A stretch of 64,000 nucleotides of DNA from Octopus sinensis. Lineage: Eukaryota. Below the pieces are notes generated by a model. That model had not been told where the DNA came from, did no database searches, and saw only the letters and a list, made by a program, of their open reading frames with translations. This document shows, piece by piece, positions 51,101-64,000 of the stretch (positions are counted from its first letter, which is position 1; each line of letters begins with the position of its first letter). The stretch is taken from positions 42,532,001 through 42,596,000 of the forward strand of contig NC_043012.1 in the NCBI RefSeq assembly GCF_006345805.1. Direction: 5' to 3'. The translations under genes and the position numbers were made by a program.

Positions 51101-54100
51101 GGAATTAACCAGAAAATTCATAATTAATCAATATAGGGTGGCAAAAAAAATTTTGTAGAATTTTTTTGCCACCAGCGGCCTAGTGGGAAAAAATTAAATA
51201 GTCATAGACCATTTTTAAGTTCAACATCAACAATCAAGGAACGGCCATAATAGGCCATTCACCCACTAGAAATAACAGCCAAAGCTTCAACCGCAAATAA
51301 AAGTCAATTCCGTAAACAGGAGAAAATTTAAAAAAACATTTACCCTGTAATTTCTTATACGATGCACCGTTTCATCTGCTGTTTAATGGTAAACTAACCT
51401 GATTAAATTAAATCAAGCCAATCTTCCATAGGCCCTCAGATTCTTCAGTAAGAAATAGCCACAAGTCGGAACAGATATTTTCACGAGGCATTTCCGACTC
51501 TGCCAAGGTAATATCTGACCTAAAATTTTCAAATCATCGCACTCGCGCCAAATTTATCGGCAGCAAATAAATATAAGCCGTCGATTCCATTACGGAATTA
51601 ACCAGAAAATTCATAATTAATCAAATAGGGTGGCAAAAAAAAAAAAAAAATTTGTAGAATTTTTTGCCACCAGCGGCCTAGTGGGAAAAAATTAAATAGT
51701 CATAGACCATTTTTAAGTTCAACATCAACAATCAAGGAACGGCCATAATAGGCCATTCACCCACTAGAAATAACAGCCAAAGCTTCAACCGCAAATAAAA
51801 GTCAACTCCGTAAACAGGAGAAAATTTAAAAAACATTTACCCTGTAATTTCTTATACGATGCACCGTTTCATCTGCTGTTTAATGGTAAACTAACCTGAT
51901 TAAATTAAATCAAGCCAATCTTCCATAGGCCCTCAGATTCTTCAGTAAGAAATAGCCACAAGTCGGAACAGATATTTTCACGAGGCATTTCCGACTCTGC
52001 CAAGGTAATATCTGACCTAAAATTTTCAAATCATCGCACTCGCGCCAAATTTATCGGCAGCAAATAAAATATAGCCGTCGATTCCATTACGGAATTAACC
52101 AGAAATTCATAATTAATCAATATAGGGTGGCAAAAAAGAAAAAAAAAAATTTTGTAGAATTTTTTTGCCACCAGCGGCCTAGTGGGAAAAAATTAAATAG
52201 TCATAGACCATTTTTAAGTTCAACATCAACAATCAAGGAACGGCCATAATAGGCCATTCACCCACTAGAAATAACAGCCAAAGCTTCAACCGCAAATAAA
52301 AGTCAACTCCGTAAACAGGAGAAAATTTAAAAAAATTTACCCTGTAATTTCTTATACGATGCACCGTTTCATCTGCTGTTAATGGTAAACTAACCTGATT
52401 AAATTAAATCAAGCCAATCTTCCATAGGCCCTCAGATTCTTCAGTAAGAAATAGCCACAAGTCGGAACAGATATTTTCACGAGGCATTTCCGACTCTGCC
52501 AAGGTAATATCTGACCTAAAATTTTCAAATCATCGCACTCGCGCCAAATTTATCGGCAGCAAATAAATATAAGCCGTCGATTCCATTACGGAATTAACCA
52601 GAAAATTCATAATTAATCAATATAGGGTGCCAAAAAAAATTTTGTAGAATTTTTTTGCCACCAGCGGCCTAGTGGGAAAAAATTAAATAGTCATAGACCA
52701 TTTTTAAGTTCAACATCAACAATCAAGGAACGGCCATAATAGGCCATTCACCCACTAGAAATAACAGCCAAAGCTTCAACCGCAAATAAAAGTCAACTCC
52801 GTAAACAGGAGAAAATTTAAAAAACATTTACCCTGTAATTCTTATACGATGCACCGTTTCATCTGCTGTTTAATGGTAAACTAACCTGATTAAATTAAAT
52901 CAAGCCAATCTTCCATAGGCCCTCAGATTCTTCAGTAAGAAATAGCCACAAGTCGGAACAGATATTTTCACGAGGCATTTCCGACTCTGCCAAGGTAATA
53001 TCTGACCTAAAATTTTCAAATCATCGCACTCGCGCCAAATTTATCGGCAGCAAATAAATATAAGCCGTCGATTCCATTACGGAATTAACCAGAAAATTCA
53101 TAATTAATCAATATAGGGTGCCAAAAAAAATTTTGTAGAATTTTTTTGCCACCAGCGGGAAAAAATTAAATAGTCATAGACCATTTTTAAGTTCAACATC
53201 AACAATCAAGGAACGGCCATAATAGGCCATTCACCCACTAGAAATAACAGCCAAAGCTTCAACCGCAAATAAAAGTCAACTCCGTAAACAGGAGAAAATT
53301 TAAAAAACATTTACCCTGTAATTTCTTATACGATGCACCGTTTCATGCTGTTTAATGGTAAACTAACCTGATTAAATTAAATCAAGCCAATCTTCCATAG
53401 GCCCTCAGATTCTTCAGTAAGAAATAGCCACAAGTCGGAACAGATATTTTCACGAGGCATTTCCGACTCTGCCAAGGTAATATCTGACCTAAAATTTTCA
53501 AATCATCGCACTCGCGCCAAATTTATCGGCAGCAAATAAATATAAGCCGTCGATTCCATTACGGAATTAACCAGAAAATTCATAATTAATCAATATAGGG
53601 TGGCAAAAAAAGAAAAAAAAAAAAATTTTGTAGAATTTTTTTTGCCACCAGCGGCCTAGTGGGAAAAAATTAAATAGTCATAGACCATTTTTAAGTTCAA
53701 CATCAACAATCAAGGAACGGCCATAATAGGCCATTCACCCACTAGAAATAACAGCCAAAGCTTCAACCGCAAATAAAAGTCAACTCCGTAAACAGGAGAA
53801 AATTTAAAAAACATTTACCCTGTAATTTCTTATACGATGCACCGTTTCATCTGCTGTTTAATGGTAAACTAACCTGATTAAATTAAATCAAGCCAATCTT
53901 CCATAGGCCCTCAGATTCTTCAGTAAGAAATAGCCACAAGTCGGAACAGATATTTTCACGAGGCATTTCCGACTCTGCCAAGGTAATATCTGACCTAAAA
54001 TTTTCAAATCATCGCACTCGCGCCAAATTTATCGGCAGCAAATAAATATAAGCCGTCGATTCCATTACGGAATTAACCAGAAAATTCATAATTAATCAAT

Positions 54101-57100
54101 ATAGGGTGCAAAAAAAATTTTGTAGAATTTTTTGCCACCAGCGGCCTAGTGGGAAAAAATTAAATAGTCATAGACCATTTTTAAGTTCAACATCAACAAT
54201 CAAGGAACGGCCATAATAGGCCATTCACCCACTAGAAATAACAGCCAAAGCTTCAACCGCAAATAAAAGTCAACTCCGTAAACAGGAGAAAATTTAAAAA
54301 ACATTTACCCTGTAATTTCTTATACGATGCACCGTTTCATCTGCTGTTTAATGGTAAACTAACCTGATTAAATTAAATCAAGCCAATCTTCCATAGGCCC
54401 TCAGATTCTTCAGTAAGAAATAGCCACAAGTCGGAACAGATATTTTCACGAGGCATTTCCGACTCTGCCAAGGTAATATCTGACCTAAAATTTTCAAATC
54501 ATCGCACTCGCGCCAAATTTATCGGCAGCAAATAAATATAAGCCGTCGATTCCATTACGGAATTAACCAGAAAATTCATAATTAATCAATATAGGGTGGC
54601 AAAAAAATTTTGTAGAATTTTTTGCCACCAGCGGCCTAGTGGGAAAAAAATTAAATAGTCATAGACCATTTTTAAGTTCAACATCAACAATCAAGGAACG
54701 GCCATAATAGGCCATTCACCCACTAGAAATAACAGCCAAAGCTTCAACCGCAAATAAAAGTCAACTCCGTAAACCAGGAGAAAATTTAAAAAACATTTAC
54801 CCTGTAATTTCTTATACGATGCACCGTTTCATCTGCTGTTTAATGGTAAACTAACCTGATTAAATTAAATCAAGCCAATCTTCCATAGGCCCTCAGATTC
54901 TTCAGTAAGAAATAGCCACAAGTCGGAACAGATATTTTCACGAGGCATTTCCGACTCTGCCAAGGTAATATCTGACCTAAAATTTTCAAATCATCGCACT
55001 CGCGCCAAATTTATCGGCAGCAAATAAATATAAGCCGTCGATTCCATTACGGAATTAACCAGAAAATTCATAATTAATCAATATAGGGTGGCAAAAAAAA
55101 TTTTGTAGAATAGAATTTTTTTGCCACCAGCGGCCTAGTGGGAAAAAATTAAATAGTCATAGACCATTTTTAAGTTCAACATCAACAATCAAGGAACGGC
55201 CATAATAGGCCATTCACCCACTAGAAATAACAGCCAAAGCTTCAACCGCAAATAAAAGTCAACTCCGTAAACAGGAGAAAATTTAAAAAACATTTACCCT
55301 GTAATTTCTTATACGATGCACCGTTTCATCTGCTGTTAATGGTAAACTAACCTGATTAAATTAAATCAAGCCAATCTTCCATAGGCCCTCAGATTCTTCA
55401 GTAAGAAATAGCCACAAGTCGGAACAGATATTTTCACGAGGCATTTCCGACTCTGCCAAGGTAATATCTGACCTAAAATTTTCAAATCATCGCACTCGCG
55501 CCAAATTTATCGGCAGCAAATAAATATAAGCCGTCGATTCCATTACGGAATTAACCAGAAAATTCATAATTAATCAATATAGGGTGGAAAAAAAAAAAAA
55601 AAAAAAATTTTGTAGAATTTTTTTGCCACCAGCGGCCTAGTGGGAAAAAATTAAATAGTCATAGACCATTTTTAAGTTCAACATCAACAATCAAGGAACG
55701 GCCATAATAGGCCATTCACCCACTAGAAATAACAGCCAAAGCTTCAACCGCAAATAAAAGTCAACTCCGTAAACAGAGAGAAAATTTAAAAAACATTTAC
55801 CCTGTAATTTCTTATACGATGCACCGTTTCATCTGCTGTTTAATGGTAAACTAACCTGATTAAATTAAATCAAGCCAATCTTCCATAGGCCCTCAGATTC
55901 TTCAGTAAGAAATAGCCACAAGTCGGAACAGATATTTTCACGAGGCATTTCCGACTCTGCCAAGGTAATATCTGACCTAAAATTTTCAAATCATCGCACT
56001 CGCGCCAAATTTATCGGCAGCAAATAAATATAAGCCGTCGATTCCATTACGGAATTAACCAGAAAATTCATAATTAATCAATATAGGGTGGCAAAAAAAA
56101 TTTTGTAGAATTTTTTGCCACCAGCGGCCTAGTGGGAAAAAATTAAATAGTCATAGACCATTTTTAAGTTCAACATCAACAATCAAGGAACGGCCATAAT
56201 AGGCCATTCACCCACTAGAAATAACAGCCAAAGCTTCAACCGCAAATAAAAGTCAACTCCGTAAACAGGAGAAAATTTAAAAAACATTTACCCTGTAATT
56301 TCTTATACGATGCACCGTTTCATCTGCTGTTTAATGGTAAACTAACCTGATTAAATTAAATCAAGCCAATCTTCCATAGGCCCTCAGATTCTTCAGTAAG
56401 AAATAGCCACAAGTCGGAACAGATATTTTCACGAGGCATTCCGACTCTGCCAAGGTAATATCTGACCTAAAATTTTCAAATCATCGCACTCGCGCCAAAT
56501 TTATCGGCAGCAAATAAATATAAGCCGTCGATTCCATTACGGAATTAACCAGAAAATTCATAATTAATCAATATAGGGTGGCAAAAAAATTTTGTAGAAT
56601 TTTTTTGCCACCAGCGGCCTAGTGGGAAAAAATTAAATAGTCATAGACCATTTTTAAGTTCAACATCAACAATCAAGGAACGGCCATAATAGGCCATTCA
56701 CCCACTAGAAATAACAGCCAAAGCTTCAACCGCAAATAAAAGTCAACTCCGTAAACAGGAGAAAATTTAAAAAAACATTTACCCTGTAATTTCTTATACG
56801 ATGCACCGTTTCATCTGCTGTTTAATGGTAACTAACCTGATTAAATTAAATCAAGCCAATCTTCCATAGGCCCTCAGATTCTTCAGTAAGAAATAGCCAC
56901 AAGTCGGAACAGATATTTTCACGAGGCATTTCCGACTCTGCCAAGGTAATATCTGACCTAAAATTTTCAAATCATCGCACTCGCGCCAAATTTATCGGCA
57001 GCAAATAAATATAAGCCGTCGATTCCATTACGGAATAACAACAGAAAAATTCATAATTAATCAATATAGGGTGGAAAAAAAATTTGTAGAATTTTTTTGC

Positions 57101-60100
57101 CACCAGCGGCCTAGTGGGAAAAAATTAAATAGTCATAGACCATTTTTAAGTTCAACATCAACAATCAAGGAACGGCCATAATAGGCCATTCACCCACTAG
57201 AAATAACAGCCAAAGCTTCAACCGCAAATAAAAGTCAACTCCGTAAACAGGAGAAAAATTAAAAAAACATTTACCCTGTAATTTCTTATACGATGCACCG
57301 TTTCATCTGCTTTTAATGGTAAACTAACCTGATTAAATTAAATCAAGCCAATCTTCCATAGGCCCTCAGATTCTTCAGTAAGAAATAGCCACAAGTCGGA
57401 ACAGATATTTTCACGAGGCATTTCCGACTCTGCCAAGGTAATATCTGACCTAAAATTTTCAAATCATCGCACTCGCGCCAAATTTATCGGCAGCAAATAA
57501 ATATAAGCCGTCGATTCCATTACGGAATTAACCAGAAAATTCATAATTAATCAATATAGGGTGGCAAAAAAAGAAAAAAAAAAAATTTTGTAGAATTTTT
57601 TTGCCACCAGCGGCCTAGTGGGAAAAAATTAAATAGTCATAGACCATTTTTAAGTTCAACATCAACAATCAAGGAACGGCCATAATAGGCCATTCACCCA
57701 CTAGAAATAACAGCCAAAGCTTCAACCGCAAATAAAAGTCAACTCCGTAAACAGGAGAAAATTTAAAAAACATTTACCCTGTAAATTCTTATACGATGCA
57801 CCGTTTCATCTGCTGTTTAATGGTAAACTAACCTGATTAAATTAAATCAAGCCAATCTTCCATAGGCCCTCAGATTCTTCAGTAAGAAATAGCCACAAGT
57901 CGGAACAGATATTTTCACGAGGCATTTCCGACTCTGCCAAGGTAATATCTGACCTAAAATTTTCAAATCATCGCACTCGCGCCAAATTTATCGGCAGCAA
58001 ATAAATATAAGCCGTCGATTCCATTACGGAATTAACCAGAAAATTCATAATTAATCAATATAGGGTGGCAAAAAAAATTTTGTAGAATTTTTTGCCACCA
58101 GCGGCCTAGTGGGAAAAAATTAAATAGTCATAGACCATTTTTAAGTTCAACATCAACAATCAAGGAACGGCCATAATAGGCCATTCACCCACTAGAAATA
58201 ACAGCCAAAGCTTCAACCGCAAATAAAAGTCAACTCCGTAAACAGGAGAAAATTTAAAAAAACATTTACCCTGTAATTTCTTATACGATGCACCGTTTCA
58301 TCTGCTGTTTAATGGTAAACTAACCTGATTAAATTAAATCAAGCCAATCTTCCATAGGCCCTCAGATTCTTCAGTAAGAAATAGCCACAAGTCGGAACAG
58401 ATATTTTCACGAGGCATTTCCGACTCTGCCAAGGTAATATCTGACCTAAAATTTTCAAATCATCGCACTCGCGCCAAATTTATCGGCAGCAAATAAATAT
58501 AGCCGTCGATTCCATTACGGAATTAACCAGAAAATTCATAATTAATCAATATAGGGTGGCAAAAAAAGAAAAAAAAAAATTTTTGTAGAATTTTTTGCCA
58601 CCAGCGGCCTAGTGGGAAAAATTAAATAGTCATAGACCATTTTTAAGTTCAACATCAACAATCAAGGAACGGCCATAATAGGCCATTCACCCACTAGAAA
58701 TAACAGCCAAAGCTTCAACCGCAAATAAAGTCAATTCCGTAAACAGGAGAAAATTAAAAAACATTTACCCTGTAATTTCTTATACGATGCACCGTTTCAT
58801 CTGCTGTTTAATGGTAAACTAACCTGATTAAATTAAATCAAGCCAATCTTCCATAGGCCCTCAGATTCTTCAGTAAGAAATAGCCACAAGTCGGAACAGA
58901 TATTTTCACGAGGCATTTCCGACTCTGCCAAGGTAATATCTGACCTAAAATTTTCAAATCATCGCACTCGCGCCAAATTTATCGGCAGCAAATAAATATA
59001 AGCCGTCGATTCCATTACGGAATTAACCAGAAAATTCATAATTAATCAATATAGGGTGGCAAAAAAAAAAAAAAAAAATTTTGTAGAATTTTTTTGCCAC
59101 CAGCGGCCTAGTGGGAAAAAATTAAATAGTCATAGACCATTTTTAAGTTCAACATCAACAATCAAGGAACGGCCATAATAGGCCATTCACCCACTAGAAA
59201 TAACAGCCAAAGCTTCAACCGCAAATAAAAGTCAACTCCGTAAACAGGAGAAAATTTAAAAAACATTTACCCTGTAATTTCTTATACGATGCACCGTTTC
59301 ATCTGCTGTTTAATGGTAAACTAACCTGATTAAATTAAATCAAGCCAATCTTCCATAGGCCCTCAGATTCTTCAGTAAGAAATAGCCACAAGTCGGAACA
59401 GATATTTTCACGAGGCATTTCCGACTCTGCCAAGGTAATATCTGACCTAAAATTTTCAAATCATCGCACTCGCGCCAAATTTATCGGCAGCAAATAAATA
59501 TAAGCCGTCGATTCCATTACGGAATTAACCAGAAAATTCATAATTAATCAATATAGGGTGGCAAAAAAAATTTTGTAGAATTTTTTGCCACCAGCGGCCT
59601 AGTGGGAAAAAATTAAATAGTCATAGACCATTTTTAAGTTCAACATCAACAATCAAGGAACGGCCATAATAGGCCATTCACCCACTAGAAATAACAGCCA
59701 AAGCTTCAACCGCAAATAAAAGTCAATTCCGTAAACAGGAGGAGAAAATTTAAAAAACATTTACCCTGTAATTTCTTATACGATGCACCGTTTCATCTGC
59801 TGTTTAATGGTAAACTAACCTGATTAAATTAAATCAAGCCAATCTTCCATAGGCCCTCAGATTCTTCAGTAAGAAATAGCCACAAGTCGGAACAGATATT
59901 TTCACGAGGCATTCCGACTCTGCCAAGGTAATATCTGACCTAAAATTTTCAAATCATCGCACTCGCGCCAAATTTATCGGCAGCAAATAAATATAAGCCG
60001 TCGATTCCATTACGGAATTAACCAGAAAATTCATAATTAATCAATATAGGTGGCAAAAAAAAAAAAAAAAAATTTTGTAGAATTTTTTTGCCACCAGCGG

Positions 60101-63100
60101 CCTAGTGGGAAAAAATTAAATAGTCATAGACCATTTTTAAGTTCAACATCAACAATCAAGGAACGGCCATAATAGGCCATTCACCCACTAGAAAAAACAG
60201 CCAAAGCTTCAACCGCAAATAAAAGTCAACTCCGTAAACAGGAGAAATTTTAAAAAACATTTACCCTGTAATTTCTTATACGATGCACCGTTTCATCTGC
60301 TGTTTAATGGTAAACTAACCTGATTAAATTAAATCAAGCCAATCTTCCATAGGCCTCAGATTCTTCAGTAAGAAATAGCCACAAGTCGGAACAGATATTT
60401 TCACGAGGCATTTCCGACTCTGCCAAGTAATATCTGACCAAATTTTCAAATCATCGCACTCGCGCCAAATTTATCGGCAGCAAATAAATATAAGCCGTCG
60501 ATTCCATTACGGAATTAACCAGAAAATTCATAATTAATCAATATAGGGTGGCAAAAAGAAAAAAAAAAAATTTTGTAGAATTTTTTTGCCACCAGCGGCC
60601 TAGTGGGAAAAAATTAAATAGTCATAGACCATTTTTAAGTTCAACATCAACAATCAAGGAACGGCCATAATAGGCCATTCACCCACTAGAAATAACAGCC
60701 AAAGCTTCAACCGCAAATAAAAGTCAACTCCGTAAACAGGAGAAAATTTAAAAACATTTACCCTGTAATTTCTTATACGATGCACCGTTTCATCTGCTGT
60801 TTAATGGTAAACTAACCTGATTAAATTAAATCAAGCCAATCTTCCATAGGCCCTCAGATTCTTCAGTAAGAAATAGCCACAAGTCGGAACAGATATTTCA
60901 CGAGGCATTTCCGACTCTGCCAAGGTAATATCTGACCTAAAATTTTCAAATCATCGCACTCGCGCCAAATTTATCGGCAGCAAATAAATATAAGCCGTCG
61001 ATTCCATTACGGAATTAACCAGAAAATTCATAATTAATCAATATAGGGTGGCAAAAAAAAATTTTGTAGAATTTTTTTGCCACCAGCGGCCTAGTGGGAA
61101 AAAATTAAATAGTCATAGACCATTTTTAAGTTCAACATCAACAATCAAGGAACGGCCATAATAGGCCATTCACCCACTAGAAATAACAGCCAAAGCTTCA
61201 ACCGCAAATAAAAGTCAACTCCGTAAACAGGAGAAAATTTAAAAAACATTTACCCTGTAATTTCTTATACGATGCACCGTTTCATCTGCTGTTTAATGGT
61301 AAACTAACCTGATTAAATAAATCAAGCCAATCTTCCATAGGCCCTCAGATTCTTCAGTAAGAAATAGCCACAAGTCGGAACAGATATTTTCACGAGGCAT
61401 TTCCGACTCTGCCAAGGTAATATCTGACCTAAAATTTTCAAATCATCGCACTCGCGCCAAATTTATCGGCAGCAAATAAATATAAGCCGTCGATTCCATT
61501 ACGGAATTAACCAGAAAATTCATAATTAATCAATATAGGGTGGCAAAAAAAATTTTGTAGAATTTTTTTGCCACCAGCGGCCTAGTGGGAAAAAATTAAA
61601 TAGTCATAGACATTTTTAAGTTCAACATCAACAATCAAGGAACGGCCATAATAGGCCATTCACCCACTAGAAATAACAGCCAAAGCTTCAACCGCAATAT
61701 AAAGTCAATTCCGTAAACAGGAGAAAATTAAAAAAACATTTACCCTGTAATTTCTTATACGATGCACCGTTTCATCTGCTGTTTAATGGTAAAGTAACCT
61801 GATTAAATTAAATCAAGCCAATCTTCCATAGGCCCTCAGATTCTTCAATAAGAAATAGCCACAAGTCGGAACAGATATTTTCACGAGGCATTTCCGACTC
61901 TGCCAAGGTAATATCTGACCTAAAATTTTCAAATCATCGCACTCGCGCCAAATTTATCGGCAGCAAATAAATATAAGCCGTCGATTCCATTACGGAATTA
62001 ACCAGAAAATTCATAATTAATCAATATAGGGTGGCAAAAAAAAAAAAAAAAAAATTTTGAATTTTTTTGCCACCAGCGGCCTAGTGGGAAAAAATTAAAT
62101 AGTCATAGACCATTTTTAAGTTCAACATCAACAATCAAGGAACGGCCATAATAGGCCATTCACCCACTAGAAATAACAGCCAAAGCTTCAACCGCAAATA
62201 AAAGTCAACTCCGTAAACAGGAGAAAATTTAAAAAAACATTTACCCTGTAATTTCTTATACGATGCACCGTTTCATCTGCTGTTTAATGGTAAACTAACC
62301 TGATTAAATTAAATCAAGCCAATCTTCCATAGGCCCTCAGATTCTTCAGTAAGAAATAGCCACAAGTCGGAACAGATATTTTCACGAGGCATTTCCGACT
62401 CTGCCAAGGTAATATCTGACCTAAAATTTTCAAATCATCGCACTCGCGCCAATTTATCGGCAGCAAATAAATATAAGCCGTCGATTCCATTACGGAATTA
62501 ACCAGAAAATTCATAATTAATCAATATAGGGTGGCAAAAAAAATTTGTAGAATTTTTTGCCACCAGCGGCCTAGTGGGAAAAAATTAAATAGTCATAGAC
62601 CATTTTAAGTTCAACATCAACAATCAAGGAACGGCCATAATAGGCCATTCACCCACTAGAAATAACAGCCAAAGCTTCAACCGCAAATAAAAGTCAACTC
62701 CGTAAACAGGAGAAAATTTAAAAAACATTTACCCTGTAATTTCTTATACGATGCACCGTTTCATCTGGTTTAATGGTAAACTAACCTGATTAAATTAAAT
62801 CAAGCCAATCTCCATAGGCCCTCAGATTCTTCAGTAAGAAATAGCCACAAGTCGGAACAGATATTTCACGAGGCATTTCCGACTCTGCCAAGGTAATATC
62901 TGACCTAAATTTTCAAATCATCGCACTCGCGCCAAATTTATCGGCAGCAATAAATATAAGCCGTCGATTCCATTACGGAATTAACCAGAAAATTCATAAT
63001 TAATCAATATAGGGTGGCAAAAAAAATTTTGTAGAATTTTTTGCCACCAGGGCTAGTGGGAAAAAATTAAATAGTCATAGACCATTTTTAAGTTCAACAT

Positions 63101-64000
63101 CAACAATCAAGGAACGGCCATAATAGGCCATTCACCCACTAGAAATAACAGCCAAAGCTTCAACCGCAAATAAAAGTCAATTCCGTAAACAGGAGAAAAT
63201 TTTAAAAAACATTTACCCTGTAATTTCTTATACGATGCACCGTTTCATCTGCTGTTTAATGGTAAACTAACTGATTAAATTAAATCAAGCCAATCTTCCA
63301 TAGGCCTCAGATTCTTCAATAAGAAATAGCCACAAGTCGGAACAGATATTTTCACGAGGCATTTCCGACTCTGCCAAGGTAATATCTGACCTAAAATTTT
63401 CAAATCATCGCACTCGCGCCAAATTTATCGGCAGCAAATAAATATAAGCCGTCGATTCCATTACGGAATTAACCAGAAAATTCATAATTAATCAATATAG
63501 GGTGGCAAAAAAAAAAAAAAAAAAATTTTGTTGAATTTTTTTGCCACAGCGGCCTAGTGGGAAAAAATTAAATAGTCATAGACCATTTTTAAGTTCAACA
63601 TCAACAATCAAGGAACGGCCATAATAGGCCATTCACCCACTAGAAATAACAGCCAAAGCTTCAACCGCAAATAAAAGTCAACTCCGTAAACAGGAGAAAA
63701 ATTAAAAAACATTTACCCTGTAATTTCTTATACGATGCACCGTTTCATCTGCTGTTTAATGGTAAACTAACCTGATTAAATTAAATCAAGCCAATCTTCC
63801 ATAGGCCCTCAGATTCTTCAGTAAGAAATAGCCACAAGTCGGAACAGATATTTTCACGAGGCATTTCCGACTCTGCCAAGGTAATATCTGACCTAAAATT
63901 TTCAAATCATCGCACTCGCGCCAAATTTATCGGCAGCAAATAAATATAAGCCGTCGATTCCATTACGGAATTAACCACAAAATTCATAATTAATCAATAT
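48166..64000 (-). repeat. Tandem array of ~494-bp monomers (32 complete units, continuing past the window end), nearly all carrying a complete type I hammerhead; retrozyme-like
   Basis: The anchor TCAATATAGG recurs at 48178, 48661, 49153 ... 63492 and 63994 (32 intervals, mean about 494 bp). Units are near-identical, differing mainly in homopolymer length. Confidence 0.96.
48390..48496 (-). ncRNA. Type I hammerhead ribozyme (first of 32 tandem copies)
   Basis: Stem I AUUUCUUA/UAAGAAAU (8 bp); core CUGAAGA (48488-48482); stem II AUCUG/CAGAU enclosing three small hairpins; GAAA; stem III C-G, G-C, G.U with a UGCA loop; GUA triplet with predicted cleavage between 48398 and 48397. Confidence 0.9.

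Noticed and set aside
62314-62514. 66-aa ORF inside the array
   Set aside because: It is open only because of a 1-nt deletion in one unit; the other units have a stop codon in that frame.
48166-64000. CRISPR-like or rDNA-type array
   Set aside because: The units are identical along their whole length with no unique spacers, and I recognise no 5S, tRNA or snRNA sequence in them.

Overview
Repeat-rich eukaryotic DNA, most likely from an octopus (inferred from octopus-type tRNA-derived SINEs and very dense TA/CA/GATA microsatellites; no database check was possible). There is one convincing host gene: an uninterrupted 842-aa minus-strand ORF (6833-9361) with a signal-peptide-like N-terminus and a C-terminal chitin/polysaccharide deacetylase-like (CE4) domain whose catalytic residues are degenerate. 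The rest is mobile DNA: CR1/L2-group LINE pieces, RTE fragments, a Tx1/L1-clade LINE flanked on both sides by (GATA)n, a decayed full-length Ty3/Gypsy element with AACG target duplication, a DD37D Tc1/mariner relic, a non-autonomous Helitron, Penelope-like fragments, a putative solo LTR, SINEs and fold-back palindromes. The main result is a hidden hammerhead-ribozyme layer. The 15.8-kb array at 48.2-64.0 kb consists of 32 tandem ~494-bp units, and the minus strand of nearly every unit carries a complete type I hammerhead (CUGAAGA...GAAAC...GUA), so it looks like a retrozyme-like array that could yield ~494-nt monomeric or circular RNAs. A second ~467-bp hammerhead unit lies at 36.1-36.8 kb, another hammerhead lies in the inverted repeats around a Penelope GIY-YIG ORF, and three minimal hammerhead candidates show compensatory U3-A8 or G3-C8 cores. 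All RNA folds were derived by eye and none has been tested.
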